From assembly GCF_009914755.1 (NCBI RefSeq), contig NC_060940.1: 64,000 nt of DNA; one strand, 5' to 3'. Of this stretch, positions 31,386-44,607 are shown piece after piece. A program made the position numbers and the translations under genes. This DNA is from the human T2T-CHM13v2.0 reference genome, Homo sapiens. The notes under the pieces were generated by a model. That model made no database searches and was not told where the DNA came from. It saw only the letters and a list, made by a program, of their open reading frames with translations. Every line of letters starts with the position of its first letter. The first letter of the stretch is position 1.

Positions 31386-32014
31386 TAGGTTTTGGCTTCA
31401 GCATCAAACCACATGGTCAAAGCTATTTACTTCCAAATCTCCCTCCAATACACTTATATCAATACCCCCATATTTACTCATGCTGAATCACATGGACCCT
31501 GCTAGTATGAATCAAAAGTGCTGGCCAGATGCCAAAACTCAGGACTCAAATGATTTCATAAAATAACCTACAATCTTACTTTTCTGTTTTCCATAAATGA
31601 CAATATTTTGTTTTCTGATTGCCAGGCCTGGCACAATAGCCAGAGGATGGTAAAAATCAACTCCTAAATGGATGCTGTCCAGGGTATTACAGTAGATATC
31701 CCAGTTCCCAAGTCTTTGCAATTCCTAATGACTATGTCTTTCTCTCATCTCAGACAACACCCTTTTGCATTCCTGGTCTCAAGTATCATGCACTGATTGA
31801 TTGGCTAGTTGATTTAGTCATTTATTGGTCAAACATTTATTGAGCGTCTACTATGTCTCAGGCAGAGCAACTGAGCATTGGAAATAAATCAGAAAAATCA
31901 CAAAAAGACAGCCCCTCCATCATTAAACTTACAGTCTACTGCAGAACTTGGCTTTTACCAAGTGCCATTGATGCCTCAATTCTATGTGCTCAATGACACG
32001 TTCACTCTTTCAAA

Positions 32015-32315
32015 ATCACCTTATTGAGCTATGGTTGACATACAAAAAGCTGAAGATGTTTACTGTATACAGTTGATGTGTTGAAGATAAGTATATATCC
32101 ATGAAACCATCATCACAATCAATGCCATAAACATCTCCACCACCTCCAAAAGTTTCCTCCTGTCCCCCTTCTTTGTGTATCGTTTTCTTTTTGAGGTGAC
32201 AGCACTTGACGTAAGATCTGCCCTCCTAGCAAATATTTAAGTATACAATACAGCATTGTTAACCATATGTCCCATGTTATAAAGTAAATATCTGGAACTT
32301 ATTTATGTTGTATAA
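32015..32315 (-). mobile_element. L1MA/MB 3' end fragment
   Basis: ttattgagctatggttgacatacaaaaagctg...catctccaccacctccaaaagtttcctc...aagtatacaatacag. Confidence 0.75.
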
Positions 32316-35219
32316 CATTCTTATATTTTCCTCCTTTGCCATCCCAAATAAGCCAGCTGTAGTCAGGCTCTGATTTTAAGGGAACCCATACAAAGACACA
32401 GCCATTAAACGAATAATTGCTGAAATAATAATTAATTAAACTTGTGGGGTGGACTCACAAGAAAATATGCATGGCCCCCTGGAAATGTGTGACAGGGAGT
32501 CAGAGAAGTGGGGAAAACTGAAACCTGAAGGATGAGGAGGCAGGGGAGCATGTTCCAGGATGAGGACACAACATGGGCAAAGGCCCTGGGGTGAAGTCAG
32601 TAAGAACTTGCTGTTTTCTAAAACTGGGGAACGTGATGGAGCCCTTTATGATGGAGGAGAGTGGCCAAGGTAAGAATGGAAAGGACGGTAGGGCCAAGGT
32701 TTGTCCTTCACTGAATGGGCCATGGGAAGCCATGGATAAGCAGAAAAATGACATGAATGTATTTTTATATGAAAACATGATTTCAAAGAGAGATCTAGAC
32801 TTGACCCTGGGATATCATGCAGAATTGTTTCCCAAATGGGACAATTTTTAACTAATAGAGCCATGACAAATTTGGCACACAAAAAAAATGTTTGTTGAAT
32901 GAATGGATGGATGAATTATGGTCAAAGTCACCCTACCAAAGTGAGCAGACAGTGTCATGGGAGCCAAGTAAACCTCCAGAGTTCTTCCCATTGAATCCAG
33001 AATGGATCCCATTCAGATGGTATCCAGTGGGCAAAGATGTGGGTGAAGAACAGGGCACACATGACAAGAGTCACTTTCTCCATAATGCTTGCAACAGCAG
33101 GCAGACCATGCCAGGGGTCAGGGGGATTCCTGTCACTTCCAGGGTCCTGAAGCGGAGCTCAGCCATGAAAGGGAAGCGAAGCCACTGATCCACTCAGTCT
33201 GGGGGTTGGGAAGCCCATGGACATCATCAGGTTGCCCAGAAGTGTTTAGGAGCTATTCAGCTCACTGTCATTCCAGAAGGCCAGCAGCAGGAGCTTCAGT
33301 AGAGCACTTTAAAAGAAATCCCACTAATCTTATCAAAACATTACATCAGCAGACCCCTTACAGTGGCAGGATGGATTCCCTGTAGTTTATAGTAATAATA
33401 GCTGGTACTTATTGAGCACTTATTATACACCCAACACTGTGCCGAGCATGATACATAGATTAATTTAATCATCAAAACAAACCTGTAAGTGAGCTAATTT
33501 TCTTGCCCTCATTTTACAGATAAGACAGGCTCAGATTCGTGATAGTAGCTTGCCCAAGGCCACAGAGCTGGTCAGAGTAGAGCTGAAATTAAAAGTAGGG
33601 TCTTGGGAGTTAGGCAGACCTGGGTTCGGATTCCAGTTTTGTCATTTTCTAGCTGGGTAACCATCACCAAGCCATGTTACCTCTTTAAGCCTCGGTCTCC
33701 TCATCTGTTAAATGGAGATGGTAAGATTATCTACTTCATTGGGTTGCTGGCAGATCAAATGGGATGCTGCTTGAAAAGTCCTTTGCACAATTCTTGGCCC
33801 ATAATAGTTTTACAAATGGCTGCTGCTGTGATATTGATCATCCCTGCCGTTGTCTCTTGCAGTAAGTCAAGGTCAGCATGCAAGACCACTAGAAAAAAAG
33901 CAAACTCTCTTTCCTGGCTCCCAGAGCTCAGAGAGGCAGGAAGGGAGTGGCTAGCTCACAGGAACGACCCCTAAATCAAATTGGAAACTTGAGGTGGCAA
34001 CATCAGCCCTCCACCCTACTGCCCTTCTGCTTGCTGAGAAGGAAAAACATTTCTGTAAAGAAAAGAGAAAGAGAATTTAGTATCCACTCTGATATGCTCA
34101 CTCTCATGGTTTTATAAATACATTCTTTTATGGTAAGCAGTAGTTTATCACAATGCCTGGATTTAACAAACTCTAAGTAGCTGATTTATCAGATGATGCC
34201 TTCTGCATGAGCAACATTTAATATTCTGCTGTAAGAACGGCGAGTCTTCCTTTCAAGCATTCATATAACTTGAGCAGATTTTAAAACCCCATATTTTAAA
34301 AGGCCTTGCTATAGGCCAAACTGAAGTGGGTTGGGGGCTGGTGGCCAGTGTTGCATCCAAATCCCAGACGCTCTCTGAGCTCTGTGACCTCGGGTAAATC
34401 ACATGGCAGCTAAGTCACATGATTTAGTGAAATGACCAACATACGCTTTGGAAACAGGAAGGGCCAGTTCAAATCTTGAATTTACCACATTCCAACTGTA
34501 TGACCCTGGGCAAATTATACAGCTCTCTTTGAACCTCACATTTGTCATTGGTCAGTGGAGAATAAGAAAACCAGCCTAGTAAGTCATAATCTAGGTAAAG
34601 TGCTATAGCTTCAATTACCTTTCCCTTTCTCCTTGTCTCTCAGTTTCTTCGTCTTAAAAGTGTGGTCATTGAATTTATTGGTTTCCAAGTTTCCTTTCAG
34701 CCCAAAATAATTCTGGTTAATGCCTGGGACTAAGCACTAGGGTTTGAGTCCTGTAGATGGAAGGCCACCTAGAAACCTATACAGCTGAACAGGTATCAGG
34801 TGTGAAGGTGAAAGATGGCAGTGAAATCAGAGGAATGGCTTATAAGTGAATAGGATTAAAGATACGCTAAAATAGCGACCGTTCTTTTATGGTATATATT
34901 AGCTGAGGAATTTCAGAGCTAGAGAAATCAGGTAAAGTAGTGAGTCCAGTGGATTCATAATTACAGGTTGAATGAAGGCTTTGTGACTAGTGAGACATGA
35001 AATGTACTAAACACAGTCAGAGCTGGGCAACATCTACATCCTTCCCCTGTAGAGTGCTGCAAAGGCAGACTTGTTAATACAAGGACTACAAGGGTAGGGA
35101 GGCGTAAGAACAGCTGGCTTTCTCGTGTGCTTGTGCGAGGCCATGTTCTAAGCGCATTATATGTGTTAACTCATTCCTGAAAGTCACCTTATAATGCAAG
35201 CACCAGTATTATCTAGGGT

Positions 35220-35243
35220 ATAGGAAACTCTAGAGTTTCCTAT
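35220..35243. repeat. Perfect 24-bp palindrome ATAGGAAACTCT|AGAGTTTCCTAT inside a MIR
   Basis: Read directly. Confidence 0.9.
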
Positions 35244-36129
35244 GTCACAGAGCTAATAAAAGGCAGGGTGGGGACTCACATGGTTTGTCTCCAGGGACCT
35301 AGCTCTTAGTCCATGCTTCTGCAAGGCATGGGGAAGGACTTGTGTGACTTACATAGGTACCCAGCGGTATTCAGTAACTGGCTCAGGAAAGTTGCTGCTG
35401 ACTGCACAAAGATCTGAGCAGTGACCTTCTTGCTTAAGTTGGCCTGGGAGACCAACGAACTGAAAGTCTGTAAACCTATCTTGCCTCTGACTACATTCTA
35501 GGGAGGGGGAAGCTATTCATGGTACCCAGTTCATGGTAGGTAGTCCTAGGTAGGGGGTAATCTCTAACAAAATCAGAGATAGCAATTTGCTCCCCATGTG
35601 AGTCCAGTTTGCAAAGAAACAGCCATTACTGTGAGACCATAAATTACACCAATATCTGGATGCGAATCCTACTCCCAATAAAACTCAAAATTCCCACCAG
35701 TGATTAAAGAGGATGATCTTCCTGTAAGTTTTACATCCTGTCTGAGAAAGATTTTATGGGATTAGAGGAAAAAAGAAAAATGCAATTTTAAAAAGTGAAA
35801 CGAATTTGGGTCCTAAGCAGCGGGTTTGAGTTCTAGTTTCATTTTTTTTTTTTTTTAGCACCACGACCTTGCTTACATGACAGGAGCAGTTCATGACTCA
35901 ACCGATCACACACACAAGTTGTTATAGAACTCAGCAGGCACTGCAGGGGCTGAGGTCGGCAGCAAGAAGCCAAGCAAGCCACTCTCAGCCTCTCCCATCA
36001 ACCCCCTGACTCTAGCAGAGCTGAATCACTTCCCTCCGTTTAGTGAGATTTCCTTTGAAAACCAAGTCTTAAGCTAAACCCTTAAAACAGATTGAAAAAG
36101 TGATAGATTTCAACATAGATTGTAAATGC

Positions 36130-36715
36130 TCCAGCGGTGCTTCCTAAATTTTAATATGCATTTGGATCACCTGGGAATTTGTTAAAATGCAGACTCTGAT
36201 TCAGCACGTGTGTTAATTTCCTAGGGCTGCCATAACAAATTGCCTCAAAGGAGGTGGCTTAAAAAAACAAAAATTTATTCTCTGTTAGTTCTGGAGGTCA
36301 GGAGTCTAAAATAAAAGCGTCTGCCAGGTTGGTTCCTTCTGTGGGCTCCAGGGGAGAATCTATTCTGTGCCTTTCTTCTGGCTTCTGGTAGATGTCAGCC
36401 TCTGCTTGTAAACACCTTACTCCCATCTCTGCCTCTATCTTCACTTGTGTCTCTTCCCCCTGTATGTCTCTGTGTCCTCTTCTCTGCTATAAGGACAGCA
36501 GTATGCGTGAATTCATCCCTAGATCCTTACATTAATTACATCTGCAAAGGTTCTTATTCTAAATAAAGTCACCTTCTAAGGTACTAAGTGAATGTATCTT
36601 TTGGGAGACACAGTTCTACCCAGTAGAGTAAGCCTAGGGTAGGGCCTGAGACTGCATTTCTAATAAGCCCTCAGGTGCTGCTGGGCCACAGACCACGCTT
36701 TAAGAATCAAGGCTC
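36130..36715. mobile_element. MER5A split by an MLT1 LTR (~36208-36625)
   Basis: MER5A (atcacctgggaatttgttaaaatgcagactc...ctgcatttctaataagccctcaggtgctgctg) around MLT1 (tgtgttaatttcctagggctgccataacaaa...). Confidence 0.7.
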
Positions 36716-36832
36716 TAAAAGGCCCATAGGATTAACTATTTGCAGCATTTCAGGTGGATTGTATACTATACTGATGCATGCCAAGACTTACTATAGATGG
36801 CATGGATTATTAGCCAAAAATTTGAAACTTTT

Positions 36833-37139
36833 AATTTTTTTAGACAGGGTCTCTCTCTGTCACCCAGGCTGGAGTGCAGTGGTGTGAACGTGGCTCACTG
36901 CAATTGCTTGAGACTGCTTGAGTCCCAGTCTCAAGCGATTCTCCCACCTCAGCCTCTTGAGTATCTGGGACTACAGGCTTGTACCACTACACGTGGCTAA
37001 ATTTTTATTTTTATTTTTTGAAGAAACAGGGTCTCACTATGTTGTCTAGGCTGGTCTCAAATTCCTGAGCTCAAGTGATTCTCCCATCTTGGCCTTCCAA
37101 AATTGCTGGGATTACAGGTGTGAGCCACCGTGCACGGCC
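36833..37139 (-). mobile_element. AluJ
   Basis: Dimer; tgaaactttt on both flanks (TSD). Confidence 0.9.
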
Positions 37140-38422
37140 TGAAACTTTTCAAGAGTGCAATGTGACCAGATAAGGAGGAACAGTCATAATAAGGCCCAGA
37201 CAGAAGTTTACCGGGTCCCTGATCCCCTAACATGACATTTGTCTGTTAATGAGAATGTCTGGGCAGGTAGGTCACTGCCAGAATATGAAAACAGCACGGT
37301 CATTTCTGTGCTATTGTCTGGTTATTCTTGGGGCTTACACAACTCCCCCCACTTCCCAGAATAACTTACACTAATAATGCATGTGCTTCTATTTTAGGGA
37401 ATGTTTATAAATATCAGAGTCTCCTTGCTCTTTAAACTCCTATCCGCAAGGCTGAGTTTTCGTCCGCGAGAGAGGTCAGAATCAGTGCACCGCTGTCTCT
37501 ATGCTAGCGTTCACTGCCTGGCTCTGAATCCTGGCTCTGATACTTATTAGCTGTGTGACCTTGGGCACGTTTTTTGCCTTCTCTATTTTGGTTTCCTCAT
37601 CTGGAAAAAAATCTAGAAAATAATAGTACTTATTTCACAGAATTATTTTGAAGATTTAAGAGCTCATATATAGAAAGCATTCGGAGTCATATCTAGTGCA
37701 GAGTAAACCTTCCAAAACCATAGCCACTGTTAATATTACATTTACCAATATTATTATGTCCCTGTAGTCCACTCATGACTCTGATTTAATACCACTTTCC
37801 TATCTGGCTGTTTTTTAATGGAGAGTTTGGTCAAGGGAGCATGATAATAGAATCCATTTCCTCATACCCTTTAAAATTTCATTTTACTTTTCATCCGTTG
37901 ATTTAATTCTATCCCTCAATTTAGCCTCAGAAGTATAGGAGACAAACAAGACTGACTATTTAGGGCCTTCTCTTGATTGTTTTCTGACCTTATTTCTTTG
38001 CATGTGTGAAATGCCCATAGACGTTTCATCTTGGAAAGTGCTACACAGACGAGATGATAATGTCTCTGAGTCCTCGGGCTGACAGTGAGAAATGGAAGAA
38101 AAATGACCACTGATCCCCCGAGAGCTGGTAGAGATGAGGATGCAATGACAGGCCTTCCCTGGAAATCTGTCTTCAGAGGAGTATGTTGTAAGTGACAACG
38201 AGGAAGAAATCTTTCTGCAACAAGAAGTATCTAGAAAACATCCCCATGTCTAGCCAAAATCTCTCCTTCCCTCTTTGGTAAAGACTACCTTAAAAGTGTA
38301 GTTTTCTGTTTACTCCTAATTCTTGCTTCCAGATACAACTCTTTTGGGGGGGATAAAGCAATGACCCATTTATTAAACGTTAACAATTTATAAACAGAAT
38401 CATTTTTATAATAATAAAATCT

Positions 38423-38766
<344 letters not shown>

Positions 38767-39689
38767 TCATATATAGTTTCACATTTAATCCTCATAATAA
38801 CCCTGTGAATTTGACATCATTGTCCTCATTTTACAAGATAAATACATTTGAGAGAGGATACATAAATTTTCCAAGATCACAGAATTAGCATACAGCCAAA
38901 TTTGTTTTAACCGATGCTGTCTGACTCAAAAACCTTTACATGGTAATATGTAATAAAATATATAATTTTCAATATTTACTGTATAATATATAAAATGCTG
39001 TATTTATATAGTGTTTTTGAGGGTAGAGGAACTACAAATAATTTTATACACTTTATATGATTGTGAATATTTCACATTTACAACAGTGTACATTTTCTGA
39101 TTAAACTGTATATTAAGTATTATATATTCATAGATATAATTACTTTTTTAAATACTTTAAACAACTAACACAAGGCCAACTTGACATGAGATGATGATAA
39201 AAGATCTAGTTTTTAATAAAATTCAGAGCAAATGAATCTGAACTCATTTATGGATTCCAGAAATAACCTGAACAGACCATTGAGTTTCATGGTCTGCATA
39301 AAGTCAGCATCACAATGTATGATGGATGCTTTTAGATATTTCTTGCATATAAGAAATCAGTACCTAACTGGTAAGAAAATTACCTCTCAGTTTCCTGAAA
39401 GAACAGATGTCGATAAGCAAATCATACTGTTATACAAATTGTACCACCTACAACTTACTGGACCTATTTTGGACAGTTACCTTCCCCTGAAGCTAGAAGT
39501 TTTTATTCAAGCAATTTTTTGTTCGCTTAATTAGGTGAACAAGAAGGAAGGAAAGAAACATGGTAACTACTTTTTCTGAGTTTTTATGCTGGACGCTGCA
39601 TTTACTTCCCACAGAAGATCCATTAGTGTGGGTATCATTCTAATCTGTGTTTTATATATGAGAACACTGAGGCATACTGAGTATACTGA

Positions 39690-40265
39690 ATATTCCATTT
39701 TTGTCCCTCCAGATTTATTTCCACCCTTCTCCACTCTGCTCTGTGACCTGGAGACTGGACTCTATGGCTGCTTCAACCAGGTTTCCTGGCCACTTGGCTT
39801 CTGGTTGGGTTCAGCCAATGAGAGGACCAGCAAGAGATTGGGTTATGGGAGGGAAGAGCGATCTAGGTACTTCTTCTTCTGCCTCCATCACTGGTGGGTT
39901 GTGAGTTGCGGGGACTGGGTTCTGCTACTTAAACTCATTTATGCCTAGTGTTCCATTATTGGAACACTAAGCATGTGGGTGTTATTTATATCCTACTGCT
40001 AAAGGTCATTGCCAAGGTCTGATTGCAAAAATTCAACAAATTGCAACCTCCAGCATAAATGAGTTAAGAGTATACCGCCTGTTAGGTGGTTCTGTCTTAT
40101 AGCTCTTGCTGAAGTCTGGTAAATTCTCCATCTTCCTGCACTTGGGAGTTATGTTAACTCTGTGGTTCCTAGCCCAGGGGGCTTCAACCTTCCTCATCAG
40201 TTTTCCTAAGCCTGCCCATACCTTTGCACAGAATTCCATCAATAAACTCTTTGCAAAGGCTATCT
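39690..40265 (-). mobile_element. LTR16-like ERVL LTR interrupted by MER85
   Basis: tggcttctggttgggttcagccaatgagagg...; resumes after 40067. Confidence 0.55.
39934..40063. mobile_element. MER85 non-autonomous piggyBac (PGBD3-derived MITE)
   Basis: TTAA at 39929-39932 and 40064-40067; TIRs ctcatttatgc/gcataaatgag; internal palindrome GTTCCATTATTGGAAC 39950-39965. Confidence 0.9.
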
Positions 40266-40344
40266 TTTTCTGGCCATGACCCTGACAGGTAATGTTGGCT
40301 TCAGAAACCTTCCCAAAGTAACACAGTTAGTAAAGTAGGGAATA

Positions 40345-40808
40345 CTGTAGGATTCCAGGGAAAGCTGGAGGATGAGCAGATTTGGAGGAGGTGGGAGGAA
40401 TGTTCAGTTAGGTTTTGGACATGTTGAACTTGAGATGCTTTCTAGATAACCTTGTAGGGGGCCCAAGAGACAGCTAGCATAAGGATCTAGAGCTCCCAAG
40501 AGTGGGTGGGCAAAAGATGCATATGGAAATAGAAAATAAGCCACGGGATTGGGTGAGAGATCCGAAAGAATGTGCTCAGTGTAATAACAATAAGAAGAAT
40601 AGAACTATTTCCCAAGGAAAACCAACATTAAGGGCTAGGGAGATGAATCAGAAAGTCAGCGGAGCTTTGGAAAGGATATTAAAATGATGGGCACCTACAG
40701 GGTCCTGAAAGCCTTGAGAAGAGAAGATGTCAAAGAAGGAATGAGTGATTGAGTATAATTGCCCTAAGAAGTTAAGTACAATAGAGATTGAAAAGTTGTA
40801 TTAGATTT
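40345..40808 (-). mobile_element. L2 fragment (appears to continue near 42200-42480)
   Basis: gttttggacatgttgaacttgagatgc...gggattgggtgaga... Confidence 0.6.
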
Positions 40809-41095
40809 TCTTTTTATTGTGGTAAAATACACATAGCAAGACATTTATCATTTTAGCCATTTTAAAGAGTACAATTCAGTGGCATTAAGTATATTCATGA
40901 TGTTGTGCAACCCTCACCACTATCGTGTTCCAGAACATTTTTATCACCCTAAGCAGAATTCTGTACCCATTAAGCAGTTACTCCTAATTCTCCTCTCTCC
41001 CTAGGCCCTTCCAACCACTCATCTGCTTTCTGTCTCTACAAATTCACCTATTCTGGAAAATTCATATGAATGAAATTATGCAATATGTGGTTTTC
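40809..41095 (-). mobile_element. L1MB/MC 3' end
   Basis: tttttattgtggtaaaatacacata...tacaattcagtggcattaagtatattca... Confidence 0.8.
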
Positions 41096-41114
41096 CATTA
41101 TATTTCATAACAAG

Positions 41115-41255
41115 GAAAATTAAATCTAATTCTAAATAACTTGACTCATTACTATATTTGTGAAGTCAAGAACTTCCATTGGGGAAGGCAATGTGATATC
41201 CTGGGCTAGTCTCAGAGGAACTATTTTGACCCAAGCTTGTATTGATCATGGAAAT
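41115..41255 (+). repeat. 141-bp inverted repeat, arm 1 (flanked by ATAACAAGGA direct repeats)
   Basis: Reverse complement of 41995-42135 with 9 mismatches by manual count. Confidence 0.92.
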
Positions 41256-41687
41256 AACAAGGAGGCTGTCAGTGGGGAATGTTAACAAATCTCAAGTTTA
41301 GTTACAGATAGCAAAAAAAAAAAAAAAAAAAAAAAAAGAGAGAGAGAGAGAGACAGAGAGAGACAATTTATAACTTTCTCTCAGACTCCATCTTCCCTAG
41401 GGGATTAGCAGCTGACTTAAGGCAGAAGCATTTAACTGCCCAAGTATCTCAGTACACCTTCTTTTTGTTCCTCCCATTCATGGAGCTAATTGCTTCAGGA
41501 CATCTTCATATGGGTCCTTCTTGTCTCTAACCTCTTATTTCTCTGCAGGAATCTAGAATCCCCTCAGGTTGAAAAAGCTAGAAAATGTAAGATCTTTAAA
41601 GTCAGCGATGCAGGTGTTGGACCAGGAAAGAAGAAAGATTGAGTGACCCATGGAGATTCTGAGCACCAAACAAATGTATCCTAAAAC

Positions 41688-41905
41688 AGTGTTTCTTAAG
41701 CTATCTTTGGAAAAGGAGCATTTTCCTCTAATACTTCACAGACCAATACTTGCAAAAAAATTTACAAAACAGTGAATTACTAGAAAAATGAAATCAAGAC
41801 AAGTCCTTTTTTTAGATTTATTAGACTCAAAATTATTTTGCGAAATTGCCATAAAAGCTTTTAAGCACTGGCTCTCAATTTCTGCGGTCACCTCATTGTG
41901 GTGCA
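41688..41905. mobile_element. hAT-Charlie-like DNA transposon fragment
   Basis: cagtgtttcttaagct terminus; tgaattactagaaaaatgaaat; subfamily uncertain. Confidence 0.4.
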
Positions 41906-41994
41906 ATATTTTATGTTTAATGTCTTAATGACTTCAACATTCTAGGACTGTATGAAATACAGTTATCCAAGCCTACCTTCTTGATATAACCTGG

Positions 41995-42135
41995 ATTTCC
42001 ATGATCAGTACAAGCTTGGGTCAAAATAGTTCCTCTGAGACTAGCCCAAGACATCACATTGCTTTCCCGGATGGAAGTTCTTGACTTCACAAATATAGTA
42101 ACAAGCCAAGTTATTTAGAATTAGATTTAATTTTC
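41995..42135 (-). repeat. 141-bp inverted repeat, arm 2
   Basis: See arm 1. Confidence 0.92.
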
Positions 42136-42541
42136 TCTGTTTAAGGTCACAACAGGACCAGAAGAGTTTTTCTGGGGGGAGGATCCCTGAACTATAGAAA
42201 ATGACGGAATTTCACAGAAGTAATGGAGCAGAAGCCAGATTATCAGAAGTAGGTGAGTGAACAGGTGTGGGAAATTACAGACCCTGAGATTGCTACAGGC
42301 TACCATCGGGCAATAAGAGAAGAGACAAATGAGATGTTCAGGGAATTTGACATTTTATTTTTGTTTGCTTACTTGTTTTGTTTATTTTGGTATTCCTGTT
42401 TTAAGATGGGAGAGACTTGAACCTTGCTTTTAAAATGATACAATGGACCAAAAAAGAGAGAGAGAGAGAAGCTTAAGGGAAAGAAGAAAGGGTTACTAGT
42501 GGATGCAGGTGGGAGATAATGAGATTCTGAGCATAGGGATG

Positions 42542-42905
42542 TGTGTTAGTCCATTTTCACACTGCTGTAAAGAACTACCTGAGACTGGGTAATTTATGAA
42601 GAAAAGAGGCTTAATTGACTCACAGTTCTGCAGGCTTAACAGAAAACATGACTGGGAGGCCTCAGGAAACTTACAACCATGGGAGGCAAAGGGGAACAAG
42701 GACCTTCTTCACATGGTGGAAGGAGAAAGAGACAGGGGAAGTGCCACACTTTTAAACCATCAAATGTCGTGAGAACTCACTCACTATCATGAGAACAGCA
42801 AGGGGAAAATCTGCCCCTCCCATCACCTCCCTCCAAGCCCCTCCGCCAATTTGACATGAGATTTGACGTGAGATTTGGGTAGGGACACAAATCCAAACCA
42901 TATCA
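42542..42905 (-). mobile_element. MSTA/THE1D-type MaLR solo LTR
   Basis: tgtgttagtccattttcacactgct...aaatccaaaccatatca. Confidence 0.85.
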
Positions 42906-44173
42906 TATATTGGAAGATAGATAAGACAGGAGGAGGAAAGGATGCAGAAGTGCACCAGTCGGGGATCAGTCGGGAGCTAGGCACTTTATGTTGGAACCTG
43001 AAGTTCATAGCAGAAGAAATAAGAAAGGGAAGATGGGTGTAAAGTAGAGGAAATAAAAAACAAGCTGGAACCCAAAGCTGTGAGTGGAGCCACACTCCAG
43101 ACGGAGGACAGATGGAGACTTGCATTAGGGTTTTTGTTTTTTGTTTGTTTGTTTTGGTCCCTGATATTAATGATATGAGTGTCCTGCAAAAGCCAGGGGC
43201 CCTTAGGCAAACATAGGCACCTGACCCAAGAGCCAAAGGCAATGAAAGAGGATTCAGGGGAAGGAACTGTTGCAAGTCCAGCTGCTGCCACTTGCCAGGA
43301 CAAGTCAACAGATCAACAACATGTGTGGGCCGCATGACGGCCCATGCTCCAGCTCTTCCTTCAGGTCTCTCCTGAGGCCCAACTGGGAGCAGCCAGGGAA
43401 GGGGATTCTAGGAAATTCAGTTCCACTTAGCTTAATTATGAAGCCACCAGAGTGTGAATGCCGGTCAGTTTTAGAAAAAAAAACTTGAGGTTTTTCTCAC
43501 CTGCTTCTAATTTCTCTTTAGGGGATAAGGTAATGTGCTGGGAGTGAGGAGGCTATGGGTGGTGATGGTGATGTCACTAGTGGTTGAAATAGCAATAGTG
43601 AATAATGGAGCTAGCTCCATTCACTCCTATTCAACCTTGAACTGGAGTTTCTGGCCAGTGCAATAAGACAAGTAAAATAAATGAAATGCATAAGTTCAGA
43701 AGGAAAGAAGTAAAACTGTATCTATTTTCAGATGGCATGATTAGTTAAGAGAAAAATCCAAAGGCATCAATAAAACAACTAGTGGAACTAACAAATGAAT
43801 TTAGCATGATCATATGATCAATGTCAGTACACAAAAAAATTAATTATAATTTTACATTCTAGCAGCAATTAGAAACTGAAATAAGAATCTTCCACTTACA
43901 GTGACACCTAAAATATAAACTATCCCAGGCTAAATTTAATGAAAACAATGTGCAAGACCTCTACTGAAAACCATAAGCTACTGCTGATTAAAATTAAAAA
44001 TCACCTAAATAAATGTAGAAATGTATCATGTTCATAGATTGGAGGAGTTTACGTTATTAAAATGTCAGTGATTCCTAATTTGATCTATAGATTCAATTCA
44101 CTTCCAATCATAATTCCAGAAGCCTTTATTAAACAAATAAATGGATAAAATCTGCTTTTAATATGTAAATGGG

Positions 44174-44457
44174 GGCCAGGTGTGGTGGTTCACACCTGTA
44201 ATCTCAGCAATTTGGTAGGCTGAGGCAGGTAGATTGCTTGAGCCCAGGAGTTGGAGACCAGCTTGGGCAATGTGTTGAAACTTAATCTCTACAAAAAATA
44301 TCTTAAATGTTAGCCAGGCATGGTGGTGTACACTCAGGAGGCTGAGGTGGGAGGATCACCTGGGCCTGGGAAGTTGAAGCTGAAGTGAGCCAAGATCACA
44401 CCACTGCACTCCAGCCTGGGCAACAGACAGAGAGGCTGAAAAAAAAGAAAGAGAGAG

Positions 44458-44492
<35 letters not shown>

Positions 44493-44493
44493 A

Positions 44494-44545
<52 letters not shown>

Positions 44546-44607
44546 AAAGAAAGAAAGAAACGAAGGAAGGAAGGAAGGAAAGGAAGGAAAGGAGAAAGAA
44601 AGGAAAA
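44174..44607 (+). mobile_element. AluJ with expanded (GA)n/(GAAA)n/(GGAA)n tail
   Basis: Alu body to ~44437, then a compound microsatellite. Confidence 0.88.

Noticed and set aside
41549-41586. Possible 38-nt exon (ctctgcag|...|gtaaga) between the inverted arms
   Set aside because: Very short, non-symmetric, weak donor context, no partner exons identifiable.
42823-43335. 170-aa minus-strand ORF
   Set aside because: Runs into an MST LTR and low-complexity sequence; no recognisable protein.
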